Below are positions 38,166 to 51,825 of a stretch of DNA of 64,000 bases, piece after piece. The stretch spans positions 48,672,001 through 48,736,000 of the forward strand of contig CM097885.1 of assembly GCA_044892525.1 (NCBI GenBank), given 5' to 3'. A program made the translations under genes and the position numbers. Origin of the DNA: Schmidtea polychroa. Its lineage: Eukaryota. The stretch's first letter is position 1, and every line of letters starts with the position of its first letter. Under the pieces are notes generated by a model. It did not search any database. It was not told the DNA's origin and was given only the letters and a program-made list of their open reading frames with translations.

Positions 38166-38339
38166 ATATCAACCAAATACTATACAACACATAAAAAATT
38201 AACTAAACACATAAAAATAACTAGACACATAACAAAACATATAAACATTAACTAAACACATAAAAATGAACTAGACACATAACAAACATAAAAATTTACC
38301 AAATAACAAATGTAAAGATATAAAATTTATTCAATAAAA

Positions 38340-41300
38340 TTAGTCCTCATCGGACAAAATAACGTCATCGATATCGATGTCATCTTCTCCAAAATCTTCA
38401 TTTAATTCTTCCTCATCTTCTCCATCATTTTCTCCAACATTTTCTGAAACATTTTCTGCAATATTTAATTCACTTAATCTTACATGCCCATATGCAAGAC
38501 TAGTATTTTTCCCCACCCAAACCCTTTTGTCATCTTTATTAGTTAGTGCTATTTTAATATTTTTAATTGTAAAAATTTGATGATTTTTGCTTGTTATTTT
38601 AGTCTGAGGAACCGAAAAAATCTGGTTAGTGTTATAACAATCCAGGTATGACTGATGTTTTATGTCACTACCTTTCAATGTTACACCTTTAGCCTTTTTT
38701 GTTTCCTCATCACCCAACAAGCTATAACATTTAGGTCTAAGAAAAACCCACTCCTTATATTTAAGACCTTTATTCTCGTCTTTGAACCTTCCAATGACTG
38801 AATCAAGGTTCTTACTATATAAGGAATGACAACTATTGTAATTGGAAGTATCCAATAAATTATCTCGAACCATTGCAGGTAAAAGAACCTCAAGTTTACA
38901 GTTAATGACTTCGAGGAAAAAAGAATCTGTATCACCTGCAACGATATTAATTTTACAATTAAACTCATTGCGAAATGATTCTAAATCCTTATATTGCAAT
39001 TCATACATTCTAAGTTTAGATAGATCAAGTACAGATTGACCAATGTAACTCGGTCTATCTAAACATATAGAATCTGAATTCAATAGTGCTGCAATTAAAT
39101 TATCTGCTATTTTAATAGATTTTTTAAAAGTCGGTTTTGACGAATATTTAACTAATTTACCGGCAGTTGTACAAAGACGAAGATTCATTCTTCTCTTTAA
39201 ATTTTCAACTGTTTTGCCGTATAAACTGTTATTTAGCAATTTATAATAATTTTTATCTAAGCTATTTACGCTTTTTGATCTTAATTCGGTATTTGTATCT
39301 ATATGTTTTTTAAAAATTGGTGATTGCTTAAATCTTACACCCCTATTTACACGTGTTACTTTAACACCAAGTTCCAAATATAATTTTAATAATCTCCAAT
39401 GAATAACATAATTAGATTTTGGAAGATGAGTTAATAATAATTTTTCAACCTTAGATCCAGCAGGTTTCATTTTTTCAGCAGCTACAGGGAAATCATCCAA
39501 CTTATCATGAAGCTCAGAAGGAATTACAAGATCAACTTCAAGAGTGTATCCATAAGACAAAGATTCAAGATTTAAATTCCTACATTCATCCATTATTTTA
39601 TCAAATCCATCAAGAACCCAACAAAATTCGCCACAAGGTAATGATTGACTTAAAGCCCAGCCATAAAGATTATTAATATCTATATATAGTAACTCGGTGT
39701 TCTCGTCGGTTTTTACGTAATGCTTATTCACAAAAGTAAGACCGCCTCTTATTCCACCCTCATAAAAGCTAAACATTTCGTTTTCAGTTATGAGTTCAAT
39801 TGGTTCATTTAAAGACATTAATGCAGAAGACCAAGACATGCCTGGAATTCCGAAATAATTCAATGGTTCCAATCTATATTGTGAGCAATGGATTTCAACC
39901 GAAACTGATGAAAGAAATCAGCCAAAAGAAAACAATCAAGTTTTAGGTAGATCATCATATAATCTAATAAAGTTACGCAATTAGTTTCTACCCAAATCTC
40001 CTGAGCTTTTTCATACTCAAGCTCAGTGACACCCTCCCAGATTGGTGGTAATTCATAAGTAGTTTGGAGAATATCTAAAGAAGTGGCGAAATTATAAGGG
40101 AAGATTCCTTTTTCACCTACTATAGTACCAGAAAAAGCAGAATTAGTAAAAGGCAAAGAATTCAAAGTTTTGACTGCTTTAGCCAAAGAATCATTGACAA
40201 ATTGATACGAATCAATGAATCTTAGGCTAATTTTACCTAAATGAGCAATCAAAGATATAAATTTTTCCGTAGTTATTGGGATGCACCCTAAATTCCAATT
40301 TTTAAATTTATTTAATCCATATTTAAGTATATGGTGCATATCGTATCCCTTCAAGTTGTGAAATACGATAGGCAAAATTTTATTTATTTTTCTATTTACG
40401 TTACATGTGCTACAAGCTGCACCCAAGTATTTCCCCGTAAAATGATCGTGATCTCTAACAGGATCCACGATAGATTTCAAACAAAGATAACAAACCGATG
40501 AATTAACGAATTGTTGTTGCTCAATTTTCGTTAATTTAATCATAGGTTTCCTACCCATTTTATAATAAAAAGGAAGAACCTTATTTAATGCTATATCCTC
40601 TATAGCACTTAAAAAACTCTCGACGCAATCTAAACCTATGAACTGTTGATAAGATTTAGATCCGTCAAAGTTATTTACTAGTAAAAGACCAGCAGATATT
40701 GGCATGTGTCGCTGAAAATGATCATTATCAGAAGGTAAAATAGCCTCAAAATCGGCATAAACTACAAAAGGAGGAGTTACTGTTTTCGACCAGTCAGTAA
40801 ACTGTAAGAATTTATTTTGAGGGAAAGTATAAAGAGTTGTTCCTAATTGATTACGTTTGCATAATATTTCATGTTTTTCTAGTGCGTTTCTATTATTAAA
40901 CCCATTCAAACACCGATGGCACCATAATGAACGTATGCGTGTAGGACAAGTAGTGTTGATACCACAATTCAATAACCTATTTAAATTGCTTATAGCAACG
41001 TAATGGAAATTGTTTCCTTTATTTAATAATAGTAAATTAATTACAGTTCCATTTAAAACTTTGGAACGATGTATAATGTCTAAATGTGGATGTTTTAAAA
41101 CGTAATTATCTGTTAATTGTTTGTTATTGTCATAAGAAAAAACGTTAATTATTAAGCCTGGATTTTTGGCCTCGAATTTTCTAATGTCTTTTAATTTCAT
41201 GGGTAAGTCCAATGGATTATATATTAACTCAGATAAATTATAACTGGATGTCCTATTTCTAGCATAACTACTAACCTCATCATATTTTAAAATAGCTAAA

Positions 41301-42658
41301 ATGCTATATAAAAAACATGAATCATCGGTGTTTTTTATATTAATTAAACAATATTTATTTTTTAGATAAGTAGGTAGTTCAATGAAACTCCTACCACTTA
41401 ATCTACTTAGCCTACTTATCTTTGTTATGGTGAAGTGAATTTCTGTTATTTTTTTTATGATCCAGCTACTTCCTAACTCTGTGATATTACTTATTTTCTC
41501 GTTTAGTTCCCTAATGCCTTCGTCAAAAAATGAGGCAGTTAAAGGTTTTGCGTAATTCGAAATATTATTAACCTTTATTTCCCCATCTTTTTCAAATTCG
41601 ATTGTTATTCCGAATTGAATTTTGACGGAGCCTAATTCGTTAATAATATCTCGTAATTTTATAATTAATTGTTCAGGAAATATTATTTCCTTTATATTTA
41701 AGTCGCTAGTATTTAAACTTAATATTTGATGGGTACCCCTTAGATCTTTTTGTATTATGGGAACATTACCCCCTATTTGTATTATATTTAATCCATCCCA
41801 AGAATCAAGGGAAATATTATCTAATCCGACCTGGGATTCAACAACCAATCCATCATGGGATTCGACAACCAATCCATCATTGGATTCCACAAAAGGCAAT
41901 CCGACCTGGGATTCAAAAGAAGAAGTATCTAATTTAATTTTTTTATTTTTATTATTTTTTTCTATAGTTGAGGGTCTTTTAAAAACACTATCTTTTTTAA
42001 AATTAAACCTATCTAAATGATTTTTATGTTTATTATAAAAAACGCTATATGTTACGGGGTCACTAGTCTTACATACGGGACATATAAAATAAGTTTTATT
42101 ATAATATTTTTTTGTGTAATAATTCTCCATTATAGAATGGCAATTATTATCATGTTCTTTCGATGAACAATAATTTGGGTAAAGTATACCTATAAAATAA
42201 AAATTTAATAAAAAAATATAATTTAAATGAAATATTTTAGTAAATGTTTACGCAAAAATTTGCAAATTATTATTATTTTACAAATTTTATTTACTAAAAA
42301 ATAAAAATTTACTAAATTAAAAATATTAACATTTACTTAAATAAAAAATTATATTAAATTTCCTTTAAATTATAAAAAGTAATCAATACTTACATTGTAA
42401 ATTTTCATTTCGATTTATTGACACATTGACATAATTTTTTTCTTTATTCGTATTACCTAAATTATTAATTAATTAAATCAATAAATTTAAAATTATGTTT
42501 ACTTTTTCTTTTCAAATTTCCTTTAATCTTAGATTTTAAATTGCCTTCATTAATATTATCTAAATTAATTAATAAATTAATTAATAAATAAATTAAAATT
42601 TACCAAATTTCTGAATTTTTTCTCGGACATTCATAACGTTTTCTATTAAAGAATTCAT
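38340..42658 (-). pseudogene. pPolB: pPolB gene, left-arm copy (predicted 3 introns, one frameshift)
   Basis: ORFs 39860-42130 and 38340-39872 carry VYADFEA, FHNLKGYD, KGIFPY, YIDINNLYG, KLLNNSLYGK and GDTDS. Predicted introns at 42560-42603, 42457-42502 and 42190-42393. Confidence 0.9.
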
Positions 42659-43841
42659 TTTTAAAGGTTAACTATTTGTTAAATGTGACTAATGATTGAT
42701 TATTGTTTATAGATTATTATTGTTTATAGATTATTATTGTTCATAGGAACAAATTCTAACCAATCAAAATCAAGGAAGGGTAGGAAAAAATTAATTTATT
42801 TTAAAACACATTTTGACGCTAAAGTTGACTTATTTAACATTTTCATAATAATTTAATAAAAATAATGTGATGAACCCACAAAGTAATATCATTTTTCATC
42901 AAATTGTAAAACAGTAATAACGTTTTCATAAAATTGTAACAAAGTAATAACATATTTCAGATAATTTTTCAACAGTTGTAAAATATTTAAGCAAATTGTA
43001 ACAAGATTAGAAAATATTACAACAAAGTAGTAACATATTTCAGAAAATTTCAACAAAGTTGTAAAATATTTATCAAATTGTAACTAAAATAATAAAAATA
43101 TTGCAACAAAGTAATAAAATAATAATGGTAATTAAGACAAATCAATACATTATTTCGAAGACGGACAACAAATTAAAAAGAATATTGTAACTAAAATAAT
43201 AAAAATATTGCAACAAAGTAATAAAATAATACAACATTTTAAACTCTAGATCAATCCATTTTATAGAAAATTAAATTTTATCTATATAATATATGAATAA
43301 ATATCCAAGGAAATTACGTTAACGTATAATAAATACAAATTTATCGTAAAAACATGTGTGTATTACACACAAAACAAGATACATAATTTCTAATCAATCC
43401 ATTTTATAGAAAATTAAATTTTATCTATATATTATATGAATAAAATCCTAAGAAAATTACGTTAACTGTATGAAAAATACAAATTTATCATAAAAACATG
43501 TGTGTATTACACACAACATACGAGACATAATTTTTAATCAAGCTATTTTATAGAAAATTAAATTTTATCTATATAATATATGAATAAAAATCCAAGAAAA
43601 TTACGTTAACCGCGCGAAAAACTACAAATTTATTGTAAAAACATGTGTGCATTACACACAAAGCATCAAACTGAAATTGTAATTGCGCCATGTTGTAGAG
43701 AATTAAATTCTGCCTATACATGGTTACACTTAAATCTCGATCAGACATGTGAAAAGAGACATAAAAGATAAAAAACAGTAGAGTAGTATGATTGGGGCTC
43801 CCCCGGCCAGGAGCTCCCCCGGCCACATATACCCCCTCCCC

Positions 43842-44994
43842 CTCCCCCCCCCTCCCCCCAGAAAAAAAAATTTTTTTAATTTAATTTTTTGTTTTAATTA
43901 ATTGGTCCAGAGGACTCCTACTTTTTTTCATCCCAAAAAATATTGTTCCCGCCATCAGATTTTATTGGACGATACATCATCTTAAAGCTCAGTCCAAGAC
44001 CTTTCGAATGAGCTATAGGTATCTTATATATCTTTAATAGTTTTAATGTTATTAACAATTGATGACCACCTTTTCAACGTTAAATTATTATTATTTGTCA
44101 AAATATTATTAATTGGCCGGGCGGGCTCACACTTTTTTTCGTCCCAAAAATTAATGTTCCCACCAACAGATTTTATTGATCTATAGCTCATTTTAAGGCC
44201 CAGTGCAAGACCTTTCGAATGAGATATTGAAGGTATCATCATCATTAACATCGGCAAAGTTAATAACGTTTTCCCGAGACCATTTTTCAAGGTCATTTAT
44301 TATTTTCAAGGTCAAATTTTTAAATAAAAGGTCAAGGTCATTTATTATTTTCAAGGTCATTTATTTTTTCAAGGTCATTTATTTTTTCAAGGTCATTTAA
44401 TTTTTCAAGGTCATTTATTTTTTCAAGGTCATTTAATTTTAATTATGTGGCCGGGAGGGCTCACACTTTTTTTCATCCCAAAAATTAATGTTCCCACCAA
44501 CGGATTTTATTGGGCGATACCTCATCTTAAAGCTCAGTCCAAGACCTTTCGAATGAGCTATTGAAGGTATCATCATCATTAATATTAACAAAGAGAATGA
44601 CTCACCCAATGACTCACCCAACGATGCCTCTTATTTTTAGAATGGTTACGTCATATTTTTAGAATGATGTCTAATATTTTTAGAACGATGCCTAATATTT
44701 TTAGAATGATTACGTCATACTTTTAGAACGATGCTAATATTTTTAGAACGATGCCTAATATTTTTAGAACTATTACGTAATCAATGCCTAATACTTTTAG
44801 AACGATGCCTAATATTTTTAGAACTATTACGTAATTTTTTTAAATTAATTGGTCCAGCGGTGACCTACTTTTTTTCTTCCCAAAAGTAATGTTTCCATCA
44901 TCCGAATTTATTAATCAAACACTTATTTTAAAGCCCAGTGCAAAATCTATATAATGATATATAAATATTATTATTAACATTATTTTACACACGG
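43842..44994. promoter_or_regulatory. Central non-palindromic spacer with repeat arrays (putative control region)
   Basis: Four diverged ~130-bp repeats, eight TCAAGGTCA, two TGACTCA and four TTACGT(C/A)A motifs, bounded by C-rich and G-rich runs. Function is inferred. Confidence 0.5.
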
Positions 44995-46177
44995 GGGGAG
45001 GGGGTATATGTGGCCGAGCGGGCTCCTGGCCGGGCGGGCCCACATCATACTACTCTACTGTTTTTTATCTTTTATGTCTCTTTTCACATGTCTGATCGAG
45101 ATTTAAGTGTAACCATGTATAGGCAGAATTTAATTCTCTACAACATGGCGCAATTACAATTTCAGTTTGATGCTTTGTGTGTAATGCACACATGTTTTTA
45201 CAATAAATTTGTAGTTTTTCGCGCGGTTAACGTAATTTTCTTGGATTTTTATTCATATATTATATAGATAAAATTTAATTTTCTATAAAATAGCTTGATT
45301 AAAAATTATGTCTCGTATGTTGTGTGTAATACACACATGTTTTTATGATAAATTTGTATTTTTCATACAGTTAACGTAATTTTCTTAGGATTTTATTCAT
45401 ATAATATATAGATAAAATTTAATTTTCTATAAAATGGATTGATTAGAAATTATGTATCTTGTTTTGTGTGTAATACACACATGTTTTTACGATAAATTTG
45501 TATTTATTATACGTTAACGTAATTTCCTTGGATATTTATTCATATATTATATAGATAAAATTTAATTTTCTATAAAATGGATTGATCTAGAGTTTAAAAT
45601 GTTGTATTATTTTATTACTTTGTTGCAATATTTTTATTATTTTAGTTACAATATTCTTTTTAATTTGTTGTCCGTCTTCGAAATAATGTATTGATTTGTC
45701 TTAATTACCATTATTATTTTATTACTTTGTTGCAATATTTTTATTATTTTAGTTACAATTTGATAAATATTTTACAACTTTGTTGAAATTTTCTGAAATA
45801 TGTTACTACTTTGTTGTAATATTTTCTAATCTTGTTACAATTTGCTTAAATATTTTACAACTGTTGAAAAATTATCTGAAATATGTTATTACTTTGTTAC
45901 AATTTTATGAAAACGTTATTACTGTTTTACAATTTGATGAAAAATGATATTACTTTGTGGGTTCATCACATTATTTTTATTAAATTATTATGAAAATGTT
46001 AAATAAGTCAACTTTAGCGTCAAAATGTGTTTTAAAATAAATTAATTTTTTCCTACCCTTCCTTGATTTTGATTGGTTAGAATTTGTTCCTATGAACAAT
46101 AATAATCTATAAACAATAATAATCTATAAACAATAATCAATCATTAGTCACATTTAACAAATAGTTAACCTTTAAAA

Positions 46178-49100
46178 ATGAATTCTTTAATAGAAAACGT
46201 TATGAATGTCCGAGAAAAAATTCAGAAATTTGGTAAATTTTAATTTATTTATTAATTAATTTATTAATTAATTTAGATAATATTAATGAAGACAATTTAA
46301 AATCTAAGATTAAAGGAAATTTGAAAAGAAAAAGTAAACATAATTTTAAATTTATTGATTTAATTAATTAATAATTTAGGTAATACGAATAAAGAAAAAA
46401 ATTATGTCAATGTGTCAATAAATCGAAATGAAAATTTACAATGTAAGTATTGATTACTTTTTATAATTTAAAGGAAATTTAATATAATTTTTTATTTAAG
46501 TAAATGTTAATATTTTTAATTTAGTAAATTTTTATTTTTTAGTAAATAAAATTTGTAAAATAATAATAATTTGCAAATTTTTGCGTAAACATTTACTAAA
46601 ATATTTCATTTAAATTATATTTTTTTATTAAATTTTTATTTTATAGGTATACTTTACCCAAATTATTGTTCATCGAAAGAACATGATAATAATTGCCATT
46701 CTATAATGGAGAATTATTACACAAAAAAATATTATAATAAAACTTATTTTATATGTCCCGTATGTAAGACTAGTGACCCCGTAACATATAGCGTTTTTTA
46801 TAATAAACATAAAAATCATTTAGATAGGTTTAATTTTAAAAAAGATAGTGTTTTTAAAAGACCCTCAACTATAGAAAAAAATAATAAAAATAAAAAAATT
46901 AAATTAGATACTTCTTCTTTTGAATCCCAGGTCGGATTGCCTTTTGTGGAATCCAATGATGGATTGGTTGTCGAATCCCATGATGGATTGGTTGTTGAAT
47001 CCCAGGTCGGATTAGATAATATTTCCCTTGATTCTTGGGATGGATTAAATATAATACAAATAGGGGGTAATGTTCCCATAATACAAAAAGATCTAAGGGG
47101 TACCCATCAAATATTAAGTTTAAATACTAGCGACTTAAATATAAAGGAAATAATATTTCCTGAACAATTAATTATAAAATTACGAGATATTATTAACGAA
47201 TTAGGCTCCGTCAAAATTCAATTCGGAATAACAATCGAATTTGAAAAAGATGGGGAAATAAAGGTTAATAATATTTCGAATTACGCAAAACCTTTAACTG
47301 CCTCATTTTTTGACGAAGGCATTAGGGAACTAAACGAGAAAATAAGTAATATCACAGAGTTAGGAAGTAGCTGGATCATAAAAAAAATAACAGAAATTCA
47401 CTTCATCATAACAAAGATAAGTAGGCTAAGTAGATTAAGTGGTAGGAGTTTCATTGAACTACCTACTTATCTAAAAAATAAATATTGTTTAATTAATATA
47501 AAAAACACCGATGATTCATGTTTTTTATATAGCATTTTAGCTATTTTAAAATATGATGAGGTTAGTAGTTATGCTAGAAATAGGACATCCAGTTATAATT
47601 TATCTGAGTTAATATATAATCCATTGGACTTACCCATGAAATTAAAAGACATTAGAAAATTCGAGGCCAAAAATCCAGGCTTAATAATTAACGTTTTTTC
47701 TTATGACAATAACAAACAATTAACAGATAATTACGTTTTAAAACATCCACATTTAGACATTATACATCGTTCCAAAGTTTTAAATGGAACTGTAATTAAT
47801 TTACTATTATTAAATAAAGGAAACAATTTCCATTACGTTGCTATAAGCAATTTAAATAGGTTATTGAATTGTGGTATCAACACTACTTGTCCTACACGCA
47901 TACGTTCATTATGGTGCCATCGGTGTTTGAATGGGTTTAATAATAGAAACGCACTAGAAAAACATGAAATATTATGCAAACGTAATCAATTAGGAACAAC
48001 TCTTTATACTTTCCCTCAAAATAAATTCTTACAGTTTACTGACTGGTCGAAAACAGTAACTCCTCCTTTTGTAGTTTATGCCGATTTTGAGGCTATTTTA
48101 CCTTCTGATAATGATCATTTTCAGCGACACATGCCAATATCTGCTGGTCTTTTACTAGTAAATAACTTTGACGGATCTAAATCTTATCAACAGTTCATAG
48201 GTTTAGATTGCGTCGAGAGTTTTTTAAGTGCTATAGAGGATATAGCATTAAATAAGGTTCTTCCTTTTTATTATAAAATGGGTAGGAAACCTATGATTAA
48301 ATTAACGAAAATTGAGCAACAACAATTCGTTAATTCATCGGTTTGTTATCTTTGTTTGAAATCTATCGTGGATCCTGTTAGAGATCACGATCATTTTACG
48401 GGGAAATACTTGGGTGCAGCTTGTAGCACATGTAACGTAAATAGAAAAATAAATAAAATTTTGCCTATCGTATTTCACAACTTGAAGGGATACGATATGC
48501 ACCATATACTTAAATATGGATTAAATAAATTTAAAAATTGGAATTTAGGGTGCATCCCAATAACTACGGAAAAATTTATATCTTTGATTGCTCATTTAGG
48601 TAAAATTAGCCTAAGATTCATTGATTCGTATCAATTTGTCAATGATTCTTTGGCTAAAGCAGTCAAAACTTTGAATTCTTTGCCTTTTACTAATTCTGCT
48701 TTTTCTGGTACTATAGTAGGTGAAAAAGGAATCTTCCCTTATAATTTCGCCACTTCTTTAGATATTCTCCAAACTACTTATGAATTACCACCAATCTGGG
48801 AGGGTGTCACTGAGCTTGAGTATGAAAAAGCTCAGGAGATTTGGGTAGAAACTAATTGCGTAACTTTATTAGATTATATGATGATCTACCTAAAACTTGA
48901 TTGTTTTCTTTTGGCTGATTTCTTTCATCAGTTTCGGTTGAAATCCATTGCTCACAATATAGATTGGAACCATTGAATTATTTCGGAATTCCAGGCATGT
49001 CTTGGTCTTCTGCATTAATGTCTTTAAATGAACCAATTGAACTCATAACTGAAAACGAAATGTTTAGCTTTTATGAGGGTGGAATAAGAGGCGGTCTTAC

Positions 49101-50496
49101 TTTTGTGAATAAGCATTACGTAAAAACCGACGAGAACACCGAGTTACTATATATAGATATTAATAATCTTTATGGCTGGGCTTTAAGTCAATCATTACCT
49201 TGTGGCGAATTTTGTTGGGTTCTTGATGGATTTGATAAAATAATGGATGAATGTAGGAATTTAAATCTTGAATCTTTGTCTTATGGATACACTCTTGAAG
49301 TTGATCTTGTAATTCCTTCTGAGCTTCATGATAAGTTGGATGATTTCCCTGTAGCTGCTGAAAAAATGAAACCTGCTGGATCTAAGGTTGAAAAATTATT
49401 ATTAACTCATCTTCCAAAATCTAATTATGTTATTCATTGGAGATTATTAAAATTATATTTGGAACTTGGTGTTAAAGTAACACGTGTAAATAGGGGTGTA
49501 AGATTTAAGCAATCACCAATTTTTAAAAAACATATAGATACAAATACCGAATTAAGATCAAAAAGCGTAAATAGCTTAGATAAAAATTATTATAAATTGC
49601 TAAATAACAGTTTATACGGCAAAACAGTTGAAAATTTAAAGAGAAGAATGAATCTTCGTCTTTGTACAACTGCCGGTAAATTAGTTAAATATTCGTCAAA
49701 ACCGACTTTTAAAAAATCTATTAAAATAGCAGATAATTTAATTGCAGCACTATTGAATTCAGATTCTATATGTTTAGATAGACCGAGTTACATTGGTCAA
49801 TCTGTACTTGATCTATCTAAACTTAGAATGTATGAATTGCAATATAAGGATTTAGAATCATTTCGCAATGAGTTTAATTGTAAAATTAATATCGTTGCAG
49901 GTGATACAGATTCTTTTTTCCTCGAAGTCATTAACTGTAAACTTGAGGTTCTTTTACCTGCAATGGTTCGAGATAATTTATTGGATACTTCCAATTACAA
50001 TAGTTGTCATTCCTTATATAGTAAGAACCTTGATTCAGTCATTGGAAGGTTCAAAGACGAGAATAAAGGTCTTAAATATAAGGAGTGGGTTTTTCTTAGA
50101 CCTAAATGTTATAGCTTGTTGGGTGATGAGGAAACAAAAAAGGCTAAAGGTGTAACATTGAAAGGTAGTGACATAAAACATCAGTCATACCTGGATTGTT
50201 ATAACACTAACCAGATTTTTTCGGTTCCTCAGACTAAAATAACAAACAAAAATCATCAAATTTTTACAATTAAAAATATTAAAATAGCACTAACTAATAA
50301 AGATGACAAAAGGGTTTGGGTGGGGAAAAATACTAGTCTTGCATATGGGCATGTAAGATTAAGTGAATTAAATATTGCAGAAAATGTTTCAGAAAATGTT
50401 GGAGAAAATGATGGAGAAGATGAGGAAGAATTAAATGAAGATTTTGGAGAAGATGACATCGATATCGATGACGTTATTTTGTCCGATGAGGACTAA
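46178..50496 (+). pseudogene. pPolB: pPolB gene, right-arm copy (predicted 3 introns, one frameshift)
   Basis: ORFs 46706-48976 and 48964-50496. Upstream exons 46178-46232, 46277-46333 and 46380-46442 splice in frame to 46647. Confidence 0.9.
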
Positions 50497-50669
50497 TTTT
50501 ATTGAATAAATTTTATATCTTTACATTTGTTATTTGGTAAATTTTTATGTTTGTTATGTGTCTAGTTCATTTTTATGTGTTTAGTTAATGTTTATATGTT
50601 TTGTTATGTGTCTAGTTATTTTTATGTGTTTAGTTAATTTTTTATGTGTTGTATAGTATTTGGTTGATA

Positions 50670-50732
50670 TATTATTAATATTATTTTTATTATTATTATT
50701 ATTATTATTATTAATATTATTTTTATTATTAC

Positions 50733-50820
<88 letters not shown>

Positions 50821-51825
50821 TCATAAAAATTTTCATTAAAAATTATCTTAAAAATTATTCTATTAAAATTTCCATTAAAAATTATCTTAAAAAATTATTC
50901 ATAAAAATTTCCATTAAAAATTACCATTGAAAATTATTCATAAAAATTTCTATTAAAAATTACTTAAAAAATAATTCATTAAAATTTCCATTAACAAATT
51001 TCAATTCTCAAACACCTTCTATTTTTGTTAATAAATTTAAAAATCTTACTTTAATTTACTTATTACATTACTTTAATTTACTTATTTAAAAATTATTACT
51101 TTAATTTAAATTTTTTTTACCATTGATTATTTAATTTTAAAATTTGGACCTTAATTAACTTTAATTTAATTTTTAGAACCATAATTTACTTTAATTTTAA
51201 AATTTTTGACCATTATTTACTGTAATTTAATTTTTAGAACCATTATTTACTGTAATTTAAAATATTTGGACCATTATTTACTTTAATATAATTTTTTAGG
51301 ACCATTATTTACTTTAATTTAAAAATTTGGACCATAATTTACTTTAATTTAAATTTTTGGACCATAATTTACTGTAATTTAATTTTTTAGAACCATTATT
51401 TACTTTAATTTAATTTTTAGGACCATTATTACCTTATTTGAAAAATGTTGACCATAATTTACTGTAATTTAAAATATTTGGACCATTATTTACTTTAATT
51501 TAAAAATTTGGACCATAATTTACTTTAATTTAAATTTTTGGACTGTAATTCAAAAATTTTGACCATAATTTACTTTAATTTAATTTTTAAGAACCTAAAT
51601 TTACTTTAATTTAAAAATTTGGACCATAATTTACTGTAATTTAATTTTTTAGAACCATTATTTACTTTAATTGAAAAATCTTAGCCCATAATTTACTTAT
51701 TTAGACCATAATTTACTTTATTTCAAAAATAAATCTGAACCTTGATTTACTTAAATTTTTAGACCCATCATTTACTTTATTTTTAAATTTTAGACCCATA
51801 ATTTGCTTTATTTTAAAAATTTACT
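50670..51825. repeat. Subterminal tandem arrays of the right arm
   Basis: Reverse complement of the 36960-38165 arrays. Confidence 0.85.

Noticed and set aside
43569..45267. Short ORFs in and around the spacer, and at 36640-36885 / 51896-52168
   Set aside because: They mostly have non-ATG starts, lie in repeats and show no recognisable motifs. Their duplication just reflects the inverted arms.
48931..48962. Tiny intron that would repair the pPolB frameshift
   Set aside because: Candidate GT-AG intervals are only 26-32 nt with weak donors and would delete conserved residues. A 2-bp insertion is simpler.
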